Positions 15,394-27,800 of a stretch of 64,000 bases of DNA are shown one piece after another. The notes below the pieces were generated by a model. The model had not been told where the DNA came from. It worked only from the letters and a program-made list of their open reading frames with translations, and did no database searches. The stretch is from Vicugna vicugna (Eukaryota): positions 186,001 to 250,000 of the forward strand of contig MU057989.1 of assembly GCA_013265495.1 (NCBI GenBank), written 5' to 3'. A program made the translations under genes and the position numbers. Within the stretch, counting starts at the first letter, position 1, and every line of letters starts with the position of its first letter.

Positions 15394-16059
15394 TTAGACG
15401 TAATTCTTAGTGGGGTACTCAGAGGGACCCCGGGAGGTGGTATGTGGGGCTGATGCTGAGTATCGGGCCATATAATGTCTGGAGCTCCGGGACCCCCAGG
15501 AGGGGCAGGTGCAGCACAGTAGCCCCCCACCCAGCAACAAAAGGCCAGAGGCAGCCCAGCCCACATAGAGGGAGGCTCCCAGCTCCCACTTTTGGGCCTC
15601 AGCCACCAGGGGGTTGTAGAAGTCTCGAATGATGGTGTTGGCCGTCCAGCACACGGGTATCAGGGTCAGGATCCCAGAGATGACAAAGATGATCCCTGAG
15701 GTGAGCACCAGTCGGGCCTTAGAGTCCTTGTCCATCACGCAGGTGGTGCACTTGGCTCCGGCAAGGTAGATCAGAAAGCCGAGCAGGGCCACAAGGAGAG
15801 TGATGACGCTGAGGGCTCGGGCAGCCTGCAGGTCCTGGGGCAGTGCCAGTAGCGAGTCAAACACCTTGCACTGCATCTGGCCTGTGCTCTGCACCACGCA
15901 GGACATCCACGGCCCCTCCCACACCACCTGGGCTACCACGATGCTGTTACCGATGAAGGCAGTCACTTTCCACAGGGGCAGGGCACAGGACACCAGGGCA
16001 TTCACCCAGCCAAGCAGTGACAGGACGATCCCCAGGATTTGCAGACCAGCAAGGGCCAT
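15394..16059 (-). CDS. CLDN6: Claudin-6 (221 aa)
   Basis: MALAGLQILGIVLSLLGW…GPSEYPTKNYV. The coding exon starts after an acceptor at 16080. Non-coding exon 1 ~16795-16836 ends in CAG|GTAAG. Minus-strand AATAAA at 14786-14791. Confidence 0.95.
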   Translation of the reverse strand: MALAGLQILGIVLSLLGWVNALVSCALPLWKVTAFIGNSIVVAQVVWEGPWMSCVVQSTGQMQCKVFDSLLALPQDLQAARALSVITLLVALLGFLIYLAGAKCTTCVMDKDSKARLVLTSGIIFVISGILTLIPVCWTANTIIRDFYNPLVAEAQKWELGASLYVGWAASGLLLLGGGLLCCTCPSWGSRSSRHYMARYSASAPHTTSRGPSEYPTKNYV

Positions 16060-16794
16060 GGTGAGGTGGAGGTTGAGGAACTGCACTGGGGGATGGAAGC
16101 AGAGTAATGTTAAAACCAGCTGGCCCTGTCCCCTCGTTCCCAGTTAGTTCTAACCCCCATGCCACATGCCATGGCCAACACACAGGATACCAAACGTATG
16201 AACCCTAGGAGTCAGGATACCATGTCCTGTGATGTGGGCAAGGCATGCTCCCTAAGCCTCATTTTCTCACAGGGAAAATGAACGTTTAATGCTTCAGCAT
16301 TTTTCTCCCCCTAGTTATGTGACAGGCATTGGCTTATATGAGTGCAAAAGTAAGCAGCCCAGTCCCCTCCCGCTCTCCATCTCTATTTCCCTTCTGAGCT
16401 GGCCCAAAGGAAGGTGTCCTCAGCCCTCAAGCCTGGAAGCCGTACGCCCTGGAAGGGTCCAATGGCGGCGCTAGCAGCAGGGTCCTCTCCCGACTGGTGA
16501 AGGGGAGGAACCCCGCCCCGGAGAGCAGCGCAGGTGGGGGAGGGGCGCCCAGGTTTCGGTGCCTTTGTCCCCGGGAAGGGGGGAGGGGCGTTTAACCTTT
16601 CTGCCGAAGGATCCCATCAGGGCCGAGGTTTAGGTGCAGCCCCCAACCAGGGACTCGCCGCCCCGAGTGGCTGCCATCAGATACGTCCAGGTTCTTCACA
16701 TGCACCCCAACCCAAAGCCGCCATGCCCCCTGTAACCCTCTCTGCGAGGCATCTACGTCCTCCTCCACAACATGCACCCTTCCGCCAGGCTTAC

Positions 16795-16890
16795 CTGTGA
16801 AGGAGTCCACAAAGATTCGAAGTAGCCGGCCGAGTGTGAGGATGGGGGCGGAGCTGGGGGGGTCTTAAAGAGGCAGTGACGTCACCGGAC
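16795..16890 (-). promoter_or_regulatory. CLDN6: CLDN6 non-coding first exon and proximal promoter
   Basis: Donor at 16794; GC box ~16844-16852; TTTAAG ~16864-16869; perfect CRE palindrome TGACGTCA at 16877-16884. Confidence 0.6.
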
Positions 16891-17259
16891 CAACGCCTCC
16901 AGGAGGGGCAGAGACCCCAGTCCAGATAGCAGCGGACGCGCGAATCCCAACCCCGCCAGTAGCGGGCGCTCGAGGACGGAGCCGCTGCTTCGGCGTCTGG
17001 CCCGGGTCCGGGGGGCATTACCTGCCTGAAGTCTGGCCGGCAGTGGGTCAAGGCGTAGGGCGAGGAGCGGAAAAAAACTCGGGTCTCGACTCTGAAGCCC
17101 ACCTAATCTTTCAAAGCCTAATTTTACTCTGCAAAATGGAGACGACAAGCCCACATTTTACTATGTAACTATGTCCTAAGGTGTAAATTAAAAGGGCACA
17201 GTATTATTTTTGTTTTATTGTTATTATCATACCCTCAGGCCTTAAGAAAGCTGCAGTTA

Positions 17260-17400
17260 GCGGTGCAAGTATAGCTCAATGGTAGATTGCGTATTTAGCA
17301 TGCACGGGGTCCTGAGTTCAATCCCCAGTACCGCCATTAAAAATAAATAAATAAGTAAACCTAATTACTCCCCTTTCCTCCCCCCAAGAAGAATTAAAAA
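17260..17400 (+). mobile_element. tRNA-derived SINE (Vic-1-like)
   Basis: gtatagctcaatggtaga…gagttcaatccccagtacc, (aata)n tail and cctaattac. Confidence 0.8.
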
Positions 17401-17729
17401 GAAAGCAAGCTGCAGTTATCTCTGTGATGGGTTGTGTCAGACTCCCCGCCATAGCCCAACACACACCTCCTGGGCTTCAGCACGGAGAAGATAGGGCTGG
17501 ATCTGTATTATCCCTTTGGCGTTCTGGCCCCTTACGCACGGAGACGGCTTTTGTTGAGTGAATGACTGAACTTAGTCTGCCAGGAGGGCGGGGGCGTCCA
17601 GGGGTGGATCGCGGGGCGGGCAGAGGCGAGGGATCCGCCCCGGAAGGCGGGGGCGGGGGCGGGGCCGCTGCTGTCTGTCCTGGTCCGCGGGTGGCGAGCC
17701 CAGACGGCAGCGGCCGCCCGAGGAGCACC

Positions 17730-19168
17730 ATGGTTCCTGGCTCGCTATGCCCGCTGCTGCGGCTCTTCGTGCTGGGTCTCGGGCTGGTGCTGCTGGGCGC
17801 CGCGGCCGGGGAGAGAGTGCCAGGTATGCCCGGCAGGGGCTGGACGGGAGGGCGTGGGGGCTAGGGGAATCCCTGGTCCGGCGTTGGGGAGCCGGCATTG
17901 GGGGCCTAGAGGAGGGGCCAGAGTGGGGGGAAATTGGCTGACATGGAGATCCGGGGTCAGGTGGTCTCTCCACACACCGCACTTCCTGGTCAGGAGAGGT
18001 CCCATCTCGCTCCGAGCCTCAGTTTCCTGCCTGTCAAACTTGGTGAGGACGGGAGGGCTTCTGCCCTGAGAGTCTGGATTCAGAAGTGGAGAGAGAAAGA
18101 AAGTTTGAGGGAGGGATGTCCCGTTGGGTAAGGCGGCACGCCCCCAGGCTGATCAATACCGGGTCTGCCCAGCCCCAGTGACTGAACAGTGAGGGTGGGG
18201 GTGTTGAGAGGCACGGAGGCCTGTGCCCCCTATACCATGCGGGGTGCCCCCTTTCATCCGGTGACTTCAGTGCCCAGCTATGCGGGGGGAGGGACTAGGG
18301 TCGGGCCCGGTGCCCAGGAATGAGTCACCCGCCGGCGGCGGGGGGGTATGGGGACCTGACCCCCCCCCCCGCACTACGGCCTCCTCTCTCCCGCACCGCC
18401 GTGTCCTGGTCGGGCCGTGCGGTCACCTGTGTGGAATGCAGAGGGAAGGGCGCCGGTGACTCACGTTATTCGAGCCGGCCGACCCTGACCTCAGCCCCCA
18501 AAATAGCCGAGCCCCGCCCCCAGCCTCTGACCCACGGCCCCCTCCCCAGGAACCACCCCCTGCTCTCGCGGAAGCTCCTGGAGCGCGGACCTAGACAAGT
18601 GCATGGACTGCGCGTCGTGCCCCACGCGACCGAACAGCGACTTCTGCCTGGGCTGTGAGTAGGGTCGGGGTTAGAGGCGAGCAGACCCCAGGCGGCGGGA
18701 GAGAGTTGCTGCGGTTGAGAGGGGACCAGGGAGCTTCACATCTGGGGAATCAATCAAGGGGACGCTGGAGTGAGGAAGGGGTTCTGACCTGTGTAGCGGC
18801 CACGGTGGAGGAAAGGCTTGAGGTTCAGATCTAGGGGGCGGAGCTGGTCCGGAAAGGGGCGAGGTCTGACTTTCAGTCCTGCTCCCAGGCGCTGCGGCCC
18901 CTCCGGCCTCTTTCAGGCTGCTGTGGCCCATCTTGGGGGGTGCCCTGAGCCTGGCGCTGGTGCTGGCACTGCTTTCTGGCTTCTTGGTCTGGAGACGGTG
19001 CCGCAGGAGAGAGAAGTTTACCAGTAAGTGTGCCCTGGCTCACCCACCGCCCCCCCACCATCATTCCTCAACATGTTCCCCACTCTTGATGCCCCTCTTT
19101 TTTATCTTGCAGCCCCCATCGAGGAGACAGGCGGGGAGGGCTGTCCTGGCGTGGCGCTGATCCAGTGA
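17730..19168 (+). CDS. TNFRSF12A: TNF receptor superfamily member 12A (Fn14/TWEAK receptor), 129 aa
   Basis: Exons 17730-17823, 18550-18654, 18889-19023, 19113-19168 (390 nt). Signal peptide, single CRD (CSRGSSWSADLDKCMDCASC…FCLGC), TM segment, TRAF motif PIEET. AATAAA at 19697-19702. Confidence 0.97.
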
Positions 19169-20201
19169 CAGTGAGCACCCCCTGCCAAGAGGAGGCCGCG
19201 CCCACTCATCATCCATTCATTCATTCTGGAGCCAGCCCCTGCTTCCCAGACACAGCCAGAACCAGGCCACTCCAACAACAGGAGTGGAGGGATTGGGGGA
19301 CGGGTGAATCACCTCTCTGAGGCCTGGGCCCAGGCTTCAGAGGAGACTTCCAAGGTGTCTGACTGCCTTGTCTCTGGCTCCAGAATAGAAAAGGAGACCC
19401 TGACTCACGCCAGACAGCTGACACTAAGGAACTGCAGCATTTGCACAAGGGTCCCCTACACCCACTATGGCCTGGGGGCCAGGCTGACCTGAGGGACAGA
19501 CACAATACCAGGCCCCACCCACTCAGATGTACTGAAATTCCAGCACGGGGGTCTCAGCCTGGGGGGGTTAGGGACCTGTTCCTAACACTAGGGGGCTGGC
19601 CCTCTAGTGGGGCTGGTCCTTAAGACACTGCTCCTCCAACCCCCAAAGGAGGGGAGATATTTATTGTGGGGAGAAAGTTTTTTTGGGGGATTTATTAATA
19701 AAAGAATCTTTAACTTTAAATGGTTTGGAGAGTGGCACGATCCCCAGCTTGACTTCCAAGAGCTGGAGGGAGGAGTGAGTCAGCCGCGGGGGTGGGGGTG
19801 AGGCTCTGACTCACACATTCTCAATGCCTGAGCCCAGCCTGCCAGGACCTGGCGGGGTCCTGACCGTTTTTCCAGGGATGTTGAGGAGAAACCCCAGCAT
19901 CCAGTACCCAAACCCTTCCCTCCCTCTCCCAAAGGCCCTGGGTTCCAGACTGAAGCTTTCATTTGCTCTGCAATCTTTATTCAGTTCCAGTGGGGAAGGC
20001 CTCCCTTCCCATGCTCCTGCCCCTCCCACCCCAGGGCTCCGTGGGGCTCAGTGTCCTCCTCTGTTGGGGGAAGGTTCTGGTGCCCAGAGGCCTGGTCTGG
20101 AAGAAAAGCAGGGCCGCTTGTCCCTTCGTGGAAGTGCTGGTCTCCCCTGTTGTGGGGAAGAAGGAAGGTGGGCAGGGTCATGGCGCCCCCCCCTCCAGCC
20201 C

Positions 20202-21328
20202 TCAGAGCTCCATTATGTCTCCAGCTGGGCTTGCAGGGTAGTTGGGGGTGGGTGTGTCCCCCAGCCTCAGCAGCCGGAGCGTCTCAGGGATCAGGTTCCC
20301 AGGGTAGCGCCAGAGAAGCAGCTCTGAGCAAGGGCTTCTGGAAGAGGAAATGACAGTCAGGGTACAGGGCTGAGGCTGGCCTGACAGAGCCACCGCCACC
20401 CCCACCCCTCCCCCCGACCTGGTTCAGGTCCCCAGGGGCTCTTGGGCTACTGGCACCTTCCAAGGAGTCAAGATGGGGAATAACGGAGGTTGACTAGAAA
20501 CTAAAAATAGCAGGATGAGGCAGAGCCTGGAGTTTGGCTCTGAAGACGGTATAATCCTCCGGAAGGCCCAGCCAGTGGCTTGTGGATGGTGCCTACCTGA
20601 GTGGGGGCAGAGCTGGGGGGAAAGCCATGGAGGTGCTGCAGTAAGGATGGTCATTGTGCAGGCTGAGTCGAGAGAAGTGGGTGGCCATGTTCTCCTCAGA
20701 CAGGAACTGCTTGCGCAGGGGCTCCCTGGGGAGAGACAGGGAGGCAGGAAGGCTGGGATATTCAGAGGAGAGGTAGTCTGATGGGGACCTGGGTTGACAG
20801 AGGTCTTGTTGGGAGTCCCTCCCTGCCCCCAAACTCACTGCTCCTCCTCCAGGCGCCGCTTCGTGCTCATGGGCACAGCTCCTCGGAGAGGGGAGCTGGG
20901 AAGAAAAGAGAGCCAGGAGCACCCCACCCTCTTAGCCCCTACCCAGGATCTATCTGCCCGCCTAAGCCTGCAGCGTCAGCCAGGAGCCCCCATCCCGTCC
21001 GGACCCTGTCTCAGCTGACGCCTAAGTCACCTCCTTCACCCTCACCCCCAGACCACCCAAAAGTCGGCCTCGGACGTCTCAGCCCTTAGTCTCCAACCCT
21101 GTCTCAGCTCATACCTAAGCCCTGCCGATTCACCCCACCGCGTGTCAGCCTGTGGACCAGCCCTGAGGCCCCAGCCAAGGCTCCTGGGGTTCTGGGCCCC
21201 TGGGCCGGGCCCACCCAGGAACCCCACACACACCTCGCGTCCAGGCCTCGGGGCACCCCCGAGGCGGCCCGCGGGTGGCGCTGGGCCCGACCCTGGGGTC
21301 CTCGCTCCAGGGGTTGCTGCAGGATCAT
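20202..21328 (-). CDS. HCFC1R1: Host cell factor C1 regulator 1 (HPIP), 138 aa
   Basis: Exons 21328-21234, 20895-20839, 20725-20597, 20337-20202 (417 nt): [12 protein letters not shown]…DHPY (HCF-binding motif)…PAGDIMEL. Minus-strand AATAAA at 19976-19981. Confidence 0.95.
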
Positions 21329-21329
21329 T

Positions 21330-21754
21330 TGGGTTAGGGGTCCTGCGAGCGGAGGGGCGGGAGCCGGGAGACAGGGGCGGGAGCCGGGAGGCAGGGGCGG
21401 AGCCTCTGAGGGCGTGACCCAACGCGTGGGGCGTGGTTTTAGGCCCGCGCAGAGGCCAGCTTCCGCGCAGCCGCAGAAGACGGACGGTCGGCACGCGGCT
21501 GGGAGGCGGGTGTGTTCCGGGGGGTGGGGGTGGGTGTCCGGTAGTACGGCTGCGGTGGGCGCCACTTGGTGTTGGGTTCTTCTTGGCGGTCCACCTCCAC
21601 TCCTGGGGCTCGGGTTACGCGGCGGCCGCCTTCACCCCTGGCCGGCCAGCAGTGTTAGAAGGTGGGGCGCCGCTAAGGGGAGACGCTCTTCGGCACTTCC
21701 GGACTCGTGAGGCTGCCTGGCGCGCGGAGCACTCTGGGAGTTTTAGTTCTGGAG
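21330..21754. promoter_or_regulatory. Bidirectional CpG-island promoter of HCFC1R1/THOC6
   Basis: Divergent ATGs ~430 bp apart; GC boxes (GGGGCGG x3, 21353-21400); ETS motifs CTTCCG(G) at ~21460 and ~21696. Confidence 0.75.
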
Positions 21755-24576
<2,822 letters not shown>

Positions 24577-24818
24577 TAGTGCCTAGAAAAAGTAGTCCTA
24601 TATAGATTCGAAAAACAGCTCTGCCACCCCTGCCTCTGCCACCCACCTGGGGTCTCTGGCCCCCAAAGCTGGCACTTGCTCCCAGTGAGCCCCTGCTAAG
24701 CCTTTCAGGGCGGGGAGGGCATCAGCCCCCTTTGGCAGACGATCGGGGCCGTCGCTCCACTGGCCAGAAGAGGAAAGTGAGCCAAAGAGGGCAAAGGGGG
24801 CCCCCCTCCACCCGGCCC

Positions 24819-27800
24819 TCAGGTCCTTCGGAAGAAGTTGCTGAGGAAGCCGCCGGAGGGCCCAGTGCCCAAGCGCAGTGAGAAGCGCGGCGGGGCGCGG
24901 CGCGGGGTGGAACCGGCCGCACTCAACTCTTTCAGGCGTTGGGAGCGCAGCTGCTGTCCGATGACCACCTGCATGTCGTCCTGTGGGGCGGGTCAGCCGA
25001 GCCAGAGGGGCGGGTCAGCATCTGGCCCCGCCCCTGCCTGTTCCGCCCCGTCGGCCCCCGTCTGCCCTCTCACCTGCCAGGCCTCCAGTTCTTGCGTCAG
25101 CGCCACCTTCTGGCCGATGGTGCGAAGCAACTCCCGGGAGAGGGAGTCCCGCTCCAGAGAAACGCGGCTGAGCTCCAGGGACAATTCCAGGACCCTGTAG
25201 GCAGAAAACGGGTCCAAGGGCGATGGGGCGTCAGCGAGCCTTTAGGGGAGAAGGGGGAGAGGGGTAGAACCCTGAACCCAGACGGAAGTGGGGCCGCTGA
25301 TACAGAAACCAGGGAGGTCAGAGGGCTCCCGGTACGAGTGAGGATAATTATATCCCATATCATGCGTGGGGTATTGGAGGTCTAGAAAGGCCAGAGTGTC
25401 CTGGGGGCCGGTAGTCCCCCTGGGGCGGTGGTGGATGGTGGCAGAAGCTCACTTGTTCACGGCCTCGTCCCGGTCAGAGAGAGCATCACTTAAGGCCTCC
25501 TCAGGGTCCTGAGCCCTCAGTTCCTTCTGCCTTTGCAGTTCCTCCCGCAGGGACTGTAGCTCTGCCCGCTGCAGCGTGATCTGCGGGCAGGGGAGGGTGC
25601 AGAGAAGCGAGCAGGCCCTGGCATCCTAGCCCGGGTTCCATCTCACCGTCCCACTCTTCTGCCCTCCTCCCCGCCCATCCCCGTCTCCTCCACAAACAAC
25701 CCCCGACAGCTGTGGTCCTGTGCTGAAGATGAATCTTCTGAGCCCCTAGGCTGTGGCCGGATGGGGTGGGTCAGGGCTAGTTGGGTGGTATAAGCCTACA
25801 GAAAGGATGGAGAAGCATTGGAGGTACGACTAAGTGGGGAGTGTAGCCCAGGAAGTCTTCCTGGAGGAGATGACATACAGACTGGCTCTAGAAACATGAT
25901 TTGCAGGTTTGTTGGAATGAAGGGCTATCCAGGTAGAGGGAGATAGTGGGCAAAGGCTCGGAGGTGTAGATGGGAAAGAGAAACTGACATTGAGAAGGGC
26001 TCTGCATCCAGTCCTATGTTCCTCCCCACCTCATCCTGCAACCGGATCGCTTCTGCCTCCTCCTCTTCCAACATCTCCCCCGGGCTCAGGGATGCTCGCT
26101 TCCTGGGTAGCTCCAACCTCTCCTCCTGGGACGAAGGCTGATGGCTGGATGCCTTTTGGGTCTCCAGGGACAGGGTGGTCTGTTCACCAAAGGAGTCAGT
26201 CAGTGAAGTGTCGAACCTCGTGGGAAAAGGAGGAGGGGCGGAGTCTGCAGCCCTCCTGGATGGTACCTGTGCGGGGCTGGTGGGCTGAGAGCTCATGAGA
26301 GTGTCTCCACGTCTGTCCGTGTTCTGGTCTTGGTCATGGACACTGTCGAGGCTATGGGCAAGCTCCAGCTGCAGCGAGGCTCCCGAGATGTCGGCCTCTT
26401 GGAGGCGCGACTCCTCCAGCTCCGAGACGCGTCGCTGCAGCCTCCGCAGCGCGTTCAGGGCTTCCCCCGCCTCGGAGCGCGCACGTTCCAGCTGCGACCG
26501 ACCCGCACACCGACAGAAACAAGGACGGTCAGCCGTGCGCTCCCGGAGCCGGCATCCCACAGCCGACCCACAGAGGGCGCCAGCGTGCCTCAGAGAGTCT
26601 GGCAGCCCCGCGAGTCCGTGAAACCCAGCACCAAAGTTGGCTCCCACTCCTGGATCTCTGGGTAGCCTTGGGCTGCACAGTTCTTCTTGGTAAATACCAG
26701 TTTACTCACCTATAAAGCAGGGTGCCGACGGGTGCCCGGGCTTTAAAGTCTCGCATCACCCTCCCTCCAGTCCCACCCCATCAGTTCACCTTGAAAAGCA
26801 CCCCCCCCCCACGACAGGTCGGCCTTCCTTTCTTTAATGCTGTCATTCAGTATTAACTGATCCTTCCTTCTAAGCCGGCGATGTGCTGAGTGTCTCACAC
26901 CCTCATCATAGCCCTGTACCATTATCATCCCATCTCACGGATGAGGAAACTGAGTCCCACAATAGTAAGAAGGGACACTGGGATAAGAACCCAGGTAATT
27001 TGACTGCAAAGTGCAAACTCCTGAGCTCTCAGACATCAGAACATGCTGCCTCTTCTCATATCCTTTTCTCTCTCTTCACAGCCCAGACCTGGTCCAAGCC
27101 CCCATCATCTCTGACTTGAGCTCTGGCTTCTGCCCCATGGCCAGGCTCTGATTCTTTTTTTTAATTTTTAATTTTTTTGTGGGGGGAGGTAATTATGTTT
27201 GCATATTTAGTTTTGGAGGGGGTACTGGGGATTGAACCCAGGACCTTGTGTATGCTAAGCATGCACTCTACCACTTGAACTACACCCTCCCCATACCAGG
27301 CTCTGATTCTAAGAGTGTACTACCCCTGCTCAATATCCTTCCATAGCTCCCACTTCGCTTGTGGCCCAGCTGCTAGGGCTCCCAATGACACAGTTGTGGC
27401 CTCATCTCCCAGGAAGCCCAGAGGCAGTGGCCAAGACCCTGGTGATGCACCCGCCCACCCCAACCCCACTAGTCACCTCCAGACTGTGCTCCCGCCTCTC
27501 ACGTCGTAGCAGCAGCAGCTCCTCGTGGGTTGCCTGTAGCCTGCCCTGGCCCTTCTCCACCTCCTCACGCAGGCCTCGAATCTGGGTCTCCAAGTCCTGT
27601 CGACGGCTCTGCAGCATCTGATTCTGGGAAAAGGCCTCAGAGCTGGATTGGAAGTGCTAGGCTAGCCCCAGATAGCCCCCTATCCAGTCCTTCTGGCCCA
27701 ATAGACCCCCAGCCCCAGCCAGCACTCACCTCCCCCTGCAGACTCTCCAGCCGTGTCCTCAGCTCTGCCCCAGCCAGGACCTGGGCTTGGCACTGCCCCC

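Noticed and set aside
13248..16147. Similar antisense ORFs over CLDN9 and CLDN6 (…[15 protein letters not shown]…)
   Set aside because: Mirror of the near-identical claudin coding strands, not independent genes.
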